DNA from: a virus
Lineage: Duplodnaviria; Caudoviricetes
Virus record (IMG/VR): IMGVR_UViG_3300049009_000874
Coordinates: 1 to 64,000 of that record
Length of the DNA: 64,000 nt
Reading direction: 5' to 3' (one strand)
Positions 19,403 to 28,999 of this stretch are shown here, piece after piece. The notes below the pieces were generated by a model. That model ran no database searches and was not told the origin of the DNA. It was given only the letters and a program-made list of their open reading frames with translations. The stretch's first letter is position 1, and every line of letters begins with the position of its first letter. A program made the position numbers and the translations under genes.

Positions 19403-19874
19403 TATGTCGGATAAAATGAAAAAGATCGAAAAATCGGTGCTGGAACTAAAGAATCTTGGAAAGATTCTTATTCCATACAATTATCCAATTTCCAATTCAA
19501 ATCTTTACGAGGATGACCTCGTAATTCTGAAAACAAGGCTTTTCGTAATAGACGGGTACTCGATAGTCGCGCACTACCAAAGGTGCGACTACGATGATTG
19601 CTATATGGATGTCTTGCAGATTTACGGCGACTACAGCAATTTTCTCCCGATATCGGTTTCGTGCAAGATGGCGAAGCTGTTTCTCGGCGAAAGCGAGCTG
19701 TTCCTCATAGAGACTTATAAGGAAAGCAAGAAGATATATTGTTGGACTGTTTATCTGGACAAGGACGGCAACGTCATAAAGTCGCCATCGAAGGATGAGG
19801 GCGACCTACCATACAGATATTACGATGATTTTAAGTACTTTTATGTTCCTCCACACAAGGTTTTTTTCATTTAG
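19403..19874 (+). CDS. Hypothetical protein
   Basis: ORF 19365..19874; GGAAGG SD before ATG 19403. Confidence 0.7.
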
Positions 19875-19899
19875 AAAAAATTCACAACGAGGTGCCAAC

Positions 19900-20199
19900 A
19901 TGAGCAAGAACAAAATTCAGTCTATGATAGTGGAGCATTTGATGAAACACGGTCAAATAGAGTTGCTTCTTCCGGACAACGTAACGTTGGAAATAGGCAT
20001 AACCCAAGAGAATCAGACGGGAAAGTTTGTCAAAAAGAACAATTATTGCTGGGTCATGGCATCGCGCGAGGACAGGACCGCGTGTCTCGACTCGTTCAAT
20101 CTTGGGCTTCGTTTTGCGGATGAAAAAGCCGCTCTCATATTGGATGACACCATTATAAACCAGTATGGGGAGCATGTTCGGCGCCTGGATGTCGTTTAA
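19900..20199 (+). CDS. Hypothetical protein
   Basis: GAGG SD before MSKNKIQ. Confidence 0.7.
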   Translation: MSKNKIQSMIVEHLMKHGQIELLLPDNVTLEIGITQENQTGKFVKKNNYCWVMASREDRTACLDSFNLGLRFADEKAALILDDTIINQYGEHVRRLDVV

Positions 20200-20540
20200 T
20201 CGCTCCCGAATATATTGCCTAAAGTCTTTGACACGCTTAAAATTCCATTAGACAGTAGGAACATCTCGGTTGTTCCTACGGCAACTTGGTCTTTTTGCAA
20301 GGGAACTAAAAAGTCAATCCATATAGTGAATCCGTGGCTCGCCATTTGGAAGCGCGAAACCATTATCTGGATGCTCTTTTTTTTATATTTCGTGTTCACA
20401 ACATGCTCGAATGAATCCCTGTTATCCTCGACGAGGCGAGATATGAGCTCGATAAGTTTCGAGCCGTCGATGAATTCCGTCCATTTCAGGACCAGAAGAT
20501 CCTCGAATTTCTTTTGGTCGAATATTTTTTCAGTTCGCAT
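20196..20540 (-). CDS. Hypothetical protein
   Basis: 114-aa ORF filling the gap. Confidence 0.6.
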   Translation of the reverse strand: MRTEKIFDQKKFEDLLVLKWTEFIDGSKLIELISRLVEDNRDSFEHVVNTKYKKKSIQIMVSRFQMASHGFTIWIDFLVPLQKDQVAVGTTEMFLLSNGILSVSKTLGNIFGSD

Positions 20541-20552
20541 ATGAGGTTCGCA

Positions 20553-20807
20553 ATGAAGAAGAATGATCCGCTTTTGAAGGAATATTTCTATAGGCTTTCT
20601 GACGAGAACCTAAAGATAATCCACAGCAGGTTGAATTTCAGGTACTCCGGAGATATACCGGAGATACTGAACTATGTTTCCAACAACAAGGATATCGACC
20701 GATGGCTCGGAAACGCGGCATCCTGTGTCGAATTGTATGGGATGATAGACAATATGCACGAGGTGGTCAATAGGGAGTACTACAAAAGGTTCGACATAAA
20801 CAGGTAG
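20553..20807 (+). CDS. Hypothetical protein
   Basis: GAGG SD before MKKNDPLL. Confidence 0.65.
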   Translation: MKKNDPLLKEYFYRLSDENLKIIHSRLNFRYSGDIPEILNYVSNNKDIDRWLGNAASCVELYGMIDNMHEVVNREYYKRFDINR

Positions 20808-20812
20808 TTATC

Positions 20813-21643
20813 ATGGGATTCTCCCTGGTTGTTTTGTATTCGGAAGACCGAAGGTCGCAGTTTCTGAATTCGGTCGAGTGCTGGGGCGATTGCCCCGGCT
20901 ACGCGTCGGCGCAGAAGATCCTTTGCGTAGACGGGGAATCCGATATTTCGATAGAAGGCTGGACGATCCTCAAGATAGGGCGAGCCGGCGATTTCTTCTG
21001 CTGGGCTGACAGCATCAACAAGGGTGTCGGCTTGGCTTCCGAGGAAATTGTCTTCTATATGGATTCGGACCGTATAGTTCCGACCGACTGGTTTTCCGAA
21101 TGCTGCTCTCTGTTGTCCGCCGATAAAAATCGTTTCCTGTACCCATCTAGGCTGTATTCCCTGAAAAGCCATGTCGGCGTCGACGCCCTGCGGGAAATAA
21201 GGGACAATGTCGGTTCGAACGAGCGGCTGCTGACGCCAGACCACAGGCAGGACGACCCGAAGGTCTACGGAAGAAAGAACCCGTTCTCCGGATGCGTAGC
21301 CTTTGGGAGATCGGCTTTTTTGGATTGCGGTGGGTTTGACGGGAGATTCGTCGGCTGGGGATACCCGGACTACGATTTCATGATGAAGGTCAAGGCTCGC
21401 GGGATTCCCTTGATCCCGATCGACGCCTCGGAACTTCACCAAAGACACGAATACGCCATCGACAGGAGGATGTTCAGGATGCACAACCTGTACAACCTGC
21501 GCCAGTATGTCGAGAAGTGGGATCTCCCCAGAGACCATCTGGAGAGGGTGGCGGAGAACATCGGCGTCGACAGGCGCCATCTCTATGGTAGCGAATCGCT
21601 GAGGCGATTCCTGTCTTTGGTCAACGGACCGACGCTTGGCTGA
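20813..21643 (+). CDS. Glycosyltransferase family 2-like
   Basis: INKGVGLA, YMDSD, GGFDGRFVGWGYPDYDF. Confidence 0.85.
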   Translation: MGFSLVVLYSEDRRSQFLNSVECWGDCPGYASAQKILCVDGESDISIEGWTILKIGRAGDFFCWADSINKGVGLASEEIVFYMDSDRIVPTDWFSECCSLLSADKNRFLYPSRLYSLKSHVGVDALREIRDNVGSNERLLTPDHRQDDPKVYGRKNPFSGCVAFGRSAFLDCGGFDGRFVGWGYPDYDFMMKVKARGIPLIPIDASELHQRHEYAIDRRMFRMHNLYNLRQYVEKWDLPRDHLERVAENIGVDRRHLYGSESLRRFLSLVNGPTLG

Positions 21644-22474
21644 TCATATGGGCATGTGCACAGTCTTGAATTCCTTGAATATATCCCATCCCGGATGGTC
21701 GCACCTTCGGTTCGCCCCCACGAAATGAAATCCCTTGCACCTGCCTATGGTCTTCCAGATCCTGGAATTGTACTTCTCTATTCTTTTGTTGCCCTCCGAA
21801 ACATTGCACCAGAAGAACCCGTGGGCATGCAGGGTCACGATCGAAGACGTCTCGACCAATATGTGATCCACGCCGGTAAGCACGTATGACACCAGACCCT
21901 GCTCATCGGCGTAGGTCATCTTTTTGTTCTTATCGATCGACCAGGCATCATGCAGTTTCTTCTTGAAGTCGAATCCGGGGGGAAGCCCTATGAGTCCGGA
22001 ATTGTAGCATCCACCTTTTTCGATCATGGAGTCGTACCTTCCGTAGAATCTTCCGGCGCCCTGCGTGATCATAGTCTTTTCGGAGGCGAGGAATTCATCT
22101 ATCTCGTGGAGTCTTTTCTCGAGAACTATGTCGTTGTCCATGATTATCTCGTGGCGACGAATGTCGATCCTTGGCGGGCATAGTTTCCAGGTGCTTCCCG
22201 TGGAATCTTGAGGATTATCGAAGTTGTAAGCCGTTTCAGGTAGGGTGTCGTTAACCGGGGAGTCATCCCATTTCTGTTTCATCGTCTTGATGCCGTATTT
22301 CCTCGATATCGACAGTACCATTTCCGTCTTTTCCTGGTCTTCGCCGTTGTGGCATACGATCCATTCGAAAGAGTCTCCGTATATTCCTATGGCTTTCTTG
22401 ATTGACATGTCAAGCACGTCGAAGCCCCTTCTCAGCGAGTTGCACCCTATTGTCCATCTAAATATTGGTTTCAT
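21644..22474 (-). CDS. Glycosyltransferase-like (GT-A fold)
   Basis: EIIMDNDIVL, YNSGLIGL, DEQG, HFVG. Confidence 0.65.
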   Translation of the reverse strand: MKPIFRWTIGCNSLRRGFDVLDMSIKKAIGIYGDSFEWIVCHNGEDQEKTEMVLSISRKYGIKTMKQKWDDSPVNDTLPETAYNFDNPQDSTGSTWKLCPPRIDIRRHEIIMDNDIVLEKRLHEIDEFLASEKTMITQGAGRFYGRYDSMIEKGGCYNSGLIGLPPGFDFKKKLHDAWSIDKNKKMTYADEQGLVSYVLTGVDHILVETSSIVTLHAHGFFWCNVSEGNKRIEKYNSRIWKTIGRCKGFHFVGANRRCDHPGWDIFKEFKTVHMPI

Positions 22475-22486
22475 GGATATATAATA

Positions 22487-22987
22487 GTGCGCCTAACTCA
22501 ACATGACTCAAGACTATGGGGGATAATGAAGGAATGGAAATGCCACATCTGTGGCAGCAACGACATGTCTCTTCGTTACACTTCGGGTCTCAAGTTTTGC
22601 AAGGACTGCCAGAAATACAAAAACATCAAGACGAACTCAAAGGTCGCCAGGAAACACAAGAAGTGTCCAAATTTCAACCTCAAGCACGAGGATTTCATGG
22701 CTTGGATTTCCTCCAAGGAGAAGAAGTGCGAATACTGCTCAATATCGGAGGCGGATCTCCAGGGTCTGGAGATGAGGTCGTCCATCGGTCTGGTGATCGA
22801 GTCATTAGGCATTGACAGGGTCGACAGTTTTGGCGATTATACCTTCGACAACATGGTGCTCTGCTGTTTCGTGTGCAACAGGATCAAGGGAATTCAGTTC
22901 TCCAGCGCCGAGATGAAGATCATAGGCAAATCCATATGCCAGATATGGGAATCCAGAATGAAGGTCAACGATGCCTCCGATTATTGA
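22487..22987 (+). CDS. Zn-binding HNH-type endonuclease
   Basis: CHIC, CKDC, CEYC, GIDRVDSFGDYTFDNMVLCCFVCNRIKG. Confidence 0.8.
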   Translation: MRLTQHDSRLWGIMKEWKCHICGSNDMSLRYTSGLKFCKDCQKYKNIKTNSKVARKHKKCPNFNLKHEDFMAWISSKEKKCEYCSISEADLQGLEMRSSIGLVIESLGIDRVDSFGDYTFDNMVLCCFVCNRIKGIQFSSAEMKIIGKSICQIWESRMKVNDASDY

Positions 22988-24995
22988 TGTGGGCGACAAG
23001 AACGATCTTGTGCCGACCAAGAACTACACTCACGCCTCGTGGGATTTCGAGAATTTCAACCCGGTCCAGAGCCGTGTCTTCGATTTTTTCGACAAGGACA
23101 TCAACGCCCTGATAGCGGCTAGGACAAGCGCCGGGAAAACCGTCATCGCCGAGATGTTTTTGGCTCACGAGATAAGGGTGCGAGGAGGCAAGGGAATGTT
23201 CCTCGCCCCGCTCAAGGCTCTGGCTCAGGAAAAGATAGACCAGTGGACGGACCCCGATTCGCATTTCGGCGACATAAACATATCCATATGCACCGGCGAC
23301 TACCGCATCACGCCCAAGCGGCAGATGGAACTCGATGAGTCCAACCTCATAATCATGACCTCGGAGATGCTCAACCACAGAGCCAGAAACATAAAGTCCG
23401 AGAAGAGCGCCTACCTCAAGGACATCGGGACTTTGGTCATCGACGAGTCTCACCTTCTCACGGTCCCGGGAAGGGGGGAACACCTTGAGGTCGGACTCAT
23501 GAAATTCACCCAGATAAACCCGAAAGCCAGAATCGTTCTTTTGTCGGCGACGATGCCGAACGTGAACGAAATAGCTGAGTGGCTTTCCTATTCCCTGAAC
23601 AAGAAAGAGACATATGTACTCAACTCGGAGTACAGACCGGTTCCGCTCGGAGTCCATTACGAGAACTACGACGACGAGGCGCACACCTACGACGACATGG
23701 AGAAAAACAAGGTCGAGAAGGCTCTGGATCTAATCAAGGACTACCCGGACGACAAGTTCCTCGTTTTCGTCCACACGAAGAGGACGGGAGAGTTGATGAC
23801 GCAGACTCTGAAGTCCAACTCGATCAACGCGGAGTTCCACAACGCAGATCTCGACAAGGAGAAGAGGATCGACCTGGAGAAGAGGTTCAAGGGGGACAAG
23901 AGCCTTAGGGTGGTCATAGCGACCCCGACCCTGGCTTGGGGGGTCAACATGCCGGCTAGGAGGGTGATCATAGTCGGAATCCACAGGGGAAGGGACGAGG
24001 TCGAGACCTACAACATAACGCAGATGATAGGAAGGTCCGGACGTCTCGGGATAGACCCTCGCGGGGACGCCTACATCCTGCTGCCGAATTCCGAAGCCAA
24101 GAAGCACAGGGACAGGCTTAACACGCCGCAAAAGATAACTTCGAAGATTTTGGACAAGCCAAGGAATCTGGCGTTCCATCTGGTCAGCGAGATACACCAC
24201 GAGGACATAACGAACTTCGAACAGATCAAGGTATGGTTCGAGAGGTCGCTAGCCTATTTCCAGAACAGGATCCTCAACCAGACCTACCTCAAGGAGCTTT
24301 TTGAGGAGCTGATAAAGAAGGAGATCGTCCATGACGACGACGGCGTTTTGTCCGCCTCCAGCATCGGCAGGATATCGAGCATATTCTATTATTCCCCGTT
24401 CGACGTGGCTGACCTTAGGAGGAACTTCTACTTCCTCTTCCTCCACAACAAGCATGAAGACGACATGCATGTCGCCCTCGCTTTGGCGAAGACGGACACG
24501 CACAGGTCCGTGATCGTGAACAACGCGGAGAAGCAGGAACTGCGCATGTTCGACCAGAAGCTCCAGCGGGACCTAGGGGTCGACTACAAGTACATCACCG
24601 AGGGCATCAAGAAGACGGCTTTTTGCTATCAAAACCTCATGAACGGTCGAAACTCAGGAGCCTTGTCCGGATTCCAGAGGGGATTGCAGATAGACTTCGA
24701 GAGGATGGAGCAGATATTGGTGGCTATGGACTCGATGAGCGGCAAGTGGGGCAAGGAGACATTCATGAGAAATCTGGCGAAGAGAATCAGGCATGGCGTC
24801 CCGAGCCATCTGGTCGACCTGTGCCAGCTTCCGAATGTCGGCAAGGTAAGGGCTAAAAAGCTGTACGACATGGGATACAAGGGGGTCGAGGACATCGTCG
24901 CCCTCGGGCACGACAAGGTCAAGTCCATCCTGAACATGAAGGAAGCCATGGTCGGCGACATCATCAAAGAGGCTTTAAGGATTTCTTCTCTTTAG
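22971..24995 (+). CDS. Ski2/Hel308-like SF2 helicase with C-terminal HhH
   Basis: FNPVQ, ARTSAGKT, PLKALA, DESH, LSATMPN, TPTLAWGVNMPA, QMIGRSGR, LPNVGKVRAKKL. Confidence 0.9.
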   Translation: MPPIIDVGDKNDLVPTKNYTHASWDFENFNPVQSRVFDFFDKDINALIAARTSAGKTVIAEMFLAHEIRVRGGKGMFLAPLKALAQEKIDQWTDPDSHFGDINISICTGDYRITPKRQMELDESNLIIMTSEMLNHRARNIKSEKSAYLKDIGTLVIDESHLLTVPGRGEHLEVGLMKFTQINPKARIVLLSATMPNVNEIAEWLSYSLNKKETYVLNSEYRPVPLGVHYENYDDEAHTYDDMEKNKVEKALDLIKDYPDDKFLVFVHTKRTGELMTQTLKSNSINAEFHNADLDKEKRIDLEKRFKGDKSLRVVIATPTLAWGVNMPARRVIIVGIHRGRDEVETYNITQMIGRSGRLGIDPRGDAYILLPNSEAKKHRDRLNTPQKITSKILDKPRNLAFHLVSEIHHEDITNFEQIKVWFERSLAYFQNRILNQTYLKELFEELIKKEIVHDDDGVLSASSIGRISSIFYYSPFDVADLRRNFYFLFLHNKHEDDMHVALALAKTDTHRSVIVNNAEKQELRMFDQKLQRDLGVDYKYITEGIKKTAFCYQNLMNGRNSGALSGFQRGLQIDFERMEQILVAMDSMSGKWGKETFMRNLAKRIRHGVPSHLVDLCQLPNVGKVRAKKLYDMGYKGVEDIVALGHDKVKSILNMKEAMVGDIIKEALRISSL

Positions 24996-25721
24996 CCTTC
25001 TCACTTTCTCGACCAGCTTTTGTTTGTTGAGGTAAGCTTTGTTTCCTTTCTCCACGGAGCTTATCCTGTAGAGGAGGTTTCTCTTGGCGTAGTTGTACGT
25101 CGAAGCGCACTCGATGTTTATGAGGCAGGACTGGCAGCATTCGGAGTTGGGGTTTAAGGCTTGGATTGTGATGTTGACGACATCGCCATCGTTCAGGAGC
25201 GCGGCGTCTTTCGTCCCGTTCACCATCACCATGAAATTGCAGTTGGCTGACATGTAGGACGCGGAGACCGTTCCGTCTCCCACAGCCCTTATGGTCGCAG
25301 TGGCGCCTGTCCCTATCACTTCGAGGCAGCATCCCGATGTCGTAAGCAAGACATTGATTGTCACGCATGGGATCGAACAGGAACTTCCGAGAGAAAACAC
25401 GAAATCGTCATCCCCGAACATTTCCTTTTTAGTTTCCGGGCTGAATTTCGGGAACGGTATCTTTTTCTTGCTGCTGAAGCGAGAATCCCAGTCTATCTCG
25501 TCGAGCAGCCTTATTTCCCTTGTCTCCGCCATGGGGGATGGGGATGGGGATGGGGTGTCGCACGGGCATCCGGAAGGTACTATGTCGTAAGACGTGCCTA
25601 TCTCGTAGGTAAGGACTACGGAACTGCAGCATGCCGGCGGACAGCACTTGCTCTCTGGGCACAAACACCCACAGACTAAATCTCCTGCAACTCCGTACTT
25701 GAATGGACCGGAACAACCCAT
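24975..25721 (-). CDS. Cys-rich hypothetical protein
   Basis: Many CC/CxC clusters, PSPSPSP linker; GAGG SD. Confidence 0.7.
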   Translation of the reverse strand: MGCSGPFKYGVAGDLVCGCLCPESKCCPPACCSSVVLTYEIGTSYDIVPSGCPCDTPSPSPSPMAETREIRLLDEIDWDSRFSSKKKIPFPKFSPETKKEMFGDDDFVFSLGSSCSIPCVTINVLLTTSGCCLEVIGTGATATIRAVGDGTVSASYMSANCNFMVMVNGTKDAALLNDGDVVNITIQALNPNSECCQSCLINIECASTYNYAKRNLLYRISSVEKGNKAYLNKQKLVEKVRRLKRRNP

Positions 25722-25727
25722 TGTTCA

Positions 25728-25985
25728 TCAGTCCTCTTTTCCAAAGAAGTTCTTGGGATACTCTATTTTCACAGTTCCGTTTCCATCCGTGATCTCTCCT
25801 TTGTTGTTTTCCGTCCACCATCTGACTTGCTGAACCTCTATGCCGAGTTCGTCCATGTGACAGCGGTCGTTTGGACTCACGGGAAGATGATGCTCCACGC
25901 CATCGATCAGGATCGCGACCTTGCACTCGCGCTTATCGTGGTTGTACAGCAAACAGTTCTTGCAATATGGCTCTGTCTTTTTCAT
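25728..25985 (-). CDS. Small Cys-containing hypothetical protein
   Basis: CKNCLLY...C...C, possible metal site. Confidence 0.7.
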   Translation of the reverse strand: MKKTEPYCKNCLLYNHDKRECKVAILIDGVEHHLPVSPNDRCHMDELGIEVQQVRWWTENNKGEITDGNGTVKIEYPKNFFGKED

Positions 25986-26042
25986 AAATTATCACTCGAT
26001 GAATTATAAGTTCAAAACTGTGCCAAAAAACAGATTGATGTG

Positions 26043-26071
26043 TTGATATTGTTCTTAAATTGTTTTATCAT
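26043..26071 (+). promoter_or_regulatory. Sigma70-like promoter
   Basis: TTGATA-17 nt-TATCAT upstream of the dNMP kinase. Confidence 0.55.
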
Positions 26072-26104
26072 TATCCTATACAATGAATCAACGAGGTTAC
26101 CGCC

Positions 26105-26737
26105 ATGTCTATTATCGGTTTCGCTTCGCAGTTGGCTATGGGCAAGGATACGGCTGCCGACTACCTGAACGACGAGATGAATCGTCTGGGAATCTTCGGA
26201 AAATGGGAAAGGTCAGCCTTCGCCAACGCCGTAAAGGAGACATTCTGCACGTCTTTCGGCGTAGACCGCCAGTTCCTGGAGAAATGGAAGCGCATAGATG
26301 AAGCCCCACCGGGTATGAACATGAACGTGCGGAAGGCTTTGCAGTTCATAGGCGACGGATTCCGGCAGATCAGGGAGAACATCTGGATAGAGATAGCCCT
26401 GAGGAACAAGGGTAGAAAGCTCATAATATCCGATTGCAGGTACATCAATGAAGCCAAGCACATAAGGCGCCATGAGGGCATAAATATCATACTTTACAGA
26501 CCGAACTACATCAACGACGACCCGAATCCGTCCGAGTCGCAGATGCGAACCATGATAGATTGGTGCTTGCGCACGCAGAAAGAGGGCGCCATATCGCACA
26601 GCACGGAAAACCCTCCGGAAGGAAGCCAGTATTACGATTTCTTCCTTATAAACGATGGCGACATACCGCAGCTGCACGGCAAGATAAGGAATTTGCTCAT
26701 ACCTTACATAGAGAGGACTTACGGATGCCAAATCTAA
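26105..26737 (+). CDS. Deoxynucleoside monophosphate kinase (T4 gp1-like)
   Basis: IIGF...GKDTAA, FANAVK, RKALQFIG, IISDCRYINE, SE. Confidence 0.85.
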   Translation: MSIIGFASQLAMGKDTAADYLNDEMNRLGIFGKWERSAFANAVKETFCTSFGVDRQFLEKWKRIDEAPPGMNMNVRKALQFIGDGFRQIRENIWIEIALRNKGRKLIISDCRYINEAKHIRRHEGINIILYRPNYINDDPNPSESQMRTMIDWCLRTQKEGAISHSTENPPEGSQYYDFFLINDGDIPQLHGKIRNLLIPYIERTYGCQI

Positions 26738-27096
26738 CATCTACCATAGACCCCAACGTCTTCGTTCCAAAAGGCTGGGGCAATGAGCTTTGGATATGCA
26801 ACGGGGAAAAGTACTGCGGCAAGATACTGACTTTCAACCCCAACAAGAAATGCTCCATACATTACCATATTGTCAAAGATGAGGTCTTGTTCATCGACAG
26901 CGGCTCGGTCGAAATGGTTTACTTCTGGAATGAAGGCGACGAGAAAAGCTCACTGACCTTGACCCATGGGATGTCGTTCCATGTCTCGCCCGGATTGAGG
27001 CACCAGATGATAGCCGGCGATGACGGAGCCAAAATAATAGAGTTCTCGACGCACCATGACGATGCCGATTCCATAAGGGTCGTCAAGGGTGACTGA
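26725..27096 (+). CDS. Cupin, sugar-isomerase-like
   Basis: VPKGWGNELWI, YCGKIL, CSIHYHIVKDE, LRHQM, IIEFST. Confidence 0.8.
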   Translation: MPNLTSTIDPNVFVPKGWGNELWICNGEKYCGKILTFNPNKKCSIHYHIVKDEVLFIDSGSVEMVYFWNEGDEKSSLTLTHGMSFHVSPGLRHQMIAGDDGAKIIEFSTHHDDADSIRVVKGD

Positions 27097-27119
27097 TTTT
27101 CCGACCTGAGCCAAAGCAC

Positions 27120-27488
27120 ATGAGCGACAGCAATATTTCCACTTCGACAGGCGCCAAGAACCCAACCGCCATCGCCTACAACATAACCTTCTGCGACTCC
27201 AACGGCACCAGGAAGGACAGACCGAACGGCGGTCTGTACGTGAGCGAGACGCAAGTGAGCAGCACGCTGACCCAATCCGGGATCGGCACCAACATTGTCT
27301 GCCGCGGAGTCAGACGCCTGACTCCCGTCGAGTGCGAGCGACTGCAGGGATTTGACGACAACTATACCGATATTCCTTGGAAGGAAAGCAGCCACTCGCC
27401 CGACGCGGCACGGTACAAGGCTTTGGGCAACTCGATGCCGGTTCCTGTCATGAGATGGATTGGCGAGAGGATAAGGTCGACGGTCTGA
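27120..27488 (+). pseudogene. C-terminal part only of a C5 cytosine methyltransferase (remnant, or small subunit of a split enzyme)
   Basis: RRLTPVECERLQGF (motif IX) and RYKALGNS (motif X) present; FxGxG and PC motifs absent. Confidence 0.7.
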
Positions 27489-27490
27489 GG

Positions 27491-28153
27491 TCAGTTTCCC
27501 TTGGCGCTCTTCTTCAGCTTTCCTATCCCGACCTCGGTCATGACCATGAATTTCCACCCGCGAGCCTCGCAATGGTGCTGGCAGGCAGCCCATTTAGCCT
27601 GGTTCTTGGGGAGCGCCGTCTGGTTGGCTGGCTTTATCTCCCAGATCTCGACATGCCCATCCATGAAGTATATGCTCAAGTCGGGATTGTACTCGTGCCT
27701 GTCCCCTTCGAATATGTAATCTACCTTAAAAGGCTCGACATCGTATTTTATGACCTCGTGGAGGCACTCCAGGCACTCATACACGTCGCATTCGTACCCG
27801 CTGCGGTAATGCATCTCCTTGCCGTTCTTCGCCGACATGTAGTAGCCCTCGCGGAAGTTCGGCTTCCTCTGCGTCATCTTGCCGGTCTGCTTGTTTATGT
27901 CCTTCCACACCGTCGCCTTCATCTGCCCGCATTTGGGCACTTCCTTTTCGTTCGGGTGCTTGGACGAGAAATGAAGCCTTAGATCACGGACTGGGGCGCG
28001 GCACCTCTGCAGGGGACACACCACGTATTCCCTTCCCTGCTCGTGGCTTTCGGTTATGTGCGTGGAGTATTCCTCGTAGAGGTCATAGTTCTTGCCGCAG
28101 ACGAAGCACTGGTAGCGCCTTTTCGAGTCGGCTTTCTTGAATGGAAGGTTCAT
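27491..28153 (-). CDS. C2H2 zinc finger fused to a TnsA/T4 gp4-like PD-(D/E)xK nuclease
   Basis: CFVC..H..H and C..C..H..H; YRSGYE, YNPDL, EIKP, KW..GWKFMVMTE. Confidence 0.8.
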   Translation of the reverse strand: MNLPFKKADSKRRYQCFVCGKNYDLYEEYSTHITESHEQGREYVVCPLQRCRAPVRDLRLHFSSKHPNEKEVPKCGQMKATVWKDINKQTGKMTQRKPNFREGYYMSAKNGKEMHYRSGYECDVYECLECLHEVIKYDVEPFKVDYIFEGDRHEYNPDLSIYFMDGHVEIWEIKPANQTALPKNQAKWAACQHHCEARGWKFMVMTEVGIGKLKKSAKGN

Positions 28154-28497
28154 TTGGGTTTCAGAAGCCTTTTCTCGGCTTCCTCGCGGTCTATGATCTT
28201 TATTCCCTTTAGGTCTTTTTTCGAAAGGGTCGCCTCGGACTTGTACCCGTCAATGCTCTTGCTCAGGTTTATCGCCAGGATCCTTATCTCGTTCTTGAAT
28301 TTCGACTTCTCCTTCTTGTCCTTCATCGTGGCGAAAGCCATTCTCCCGTCCTCGGAGGTCCCGTATACGCTTCCTCCCTTGACGAAAAAAAGTATCAGGT
28401 CGTTTTCCTCGATCAGCTTTATCAAGCTGTTCTCGAAAAGGACGAAGCTGTCCCATGCGGATTGTGTTTCCTTGTATCTTTCTATGAAGTTTTTCAT
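28150..28497 (-). CDS. Hypothetical protein
   Basis: 115-aa ORF, ATGA overlap with the next gene. Confidence 0.7.
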   Translation of the reverse strand: MKNFIERYKETQSAWDSFVLFENSLIKLIEENDLILFFVKGGSVYGTSEDGRMAFATMKDKKEKSKFKNEIRILAINLSKSIDGYKSEATLSKKDLKGIKIIDREEAEKRLLKPK

Positions 28498-28504
28498 GGT
28501 TATT

Positions 28505-28514
28505 CCTATATAGG
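28505..28514. promoter_or_regulatory. Palindromic CCTATATAGG, candidate bidirectional late promoter
   Basis: Lies in the 19-bp gap between divergent start codons and gives CTATATA on both strands. Confidence 0.55.
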
Positions 28515-28516
28515 GT

Positions 28517-28999
28517 ATGAGTTATTTATTCAGAAGCTTCAAAACTTTTTTCGAGGAAATGGATTCGGACATGGAAAAGATGTCCGGCAGCGACCCGATC
28601 GGGCAAGACCCGGTCGGAAATGATTACATAGACACCCTCGAGGACGAATTCGGAATCAACTGGAAAAGCATAAGCAGCACCCTGACCTCAGAGCCTTGGA
28701 TATCGACCCATTTCAAGATCGGAGACCTCAACGACGAAATGACGTACAAGATCTCCGCCTGGGAGATAGACAAGGACACCATCACCCCGAAAGGCGCGTA
28801 TATCAGGTTGAAGCCGACAAAGGGAGTGAGGGGAATCCTCAAGAACGGAGACATCAACAAGGCAGCCCCGGACAACAAGAGATACTATCTCGACAGGGAT
28901 GAGCTGGTCGACTTCCTCACCACCGCGTGGGTGCCGCCAGAGGCACCGCCCGGAGGCGACCCCGGCATGGGCGGTTCTGGACTAGGAGGACTGCAATGA
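28517..28999 (+). CDS. Hypothetical protein with capsid-targeting-like N-terminus
   Basis: Begins MSYLFRSFKTFFEE; Gly/Pro-rich tail. Confidence 0.75.
   Translation: MSYLFRSFKTFFEEMDSDMEKMSGSDPIGQDPVGNDYIDTLEDEFGINWKSISSTLTSEPWISTHFKIGDLNDEMTYKISAWEIDKDTITPKGAYIRLKPTKGVRGILKNGDINKAAPDNKRYYLDRDELVDFLTTAWVPPEAPPGGDPGMGGSGLGGLQ

Noticed and set aside
27491-28153. Tn7-like transposon
   Set aside because: No TnsB/TnsC or terminal repeats; the domain fits phage gp4-like nucleases
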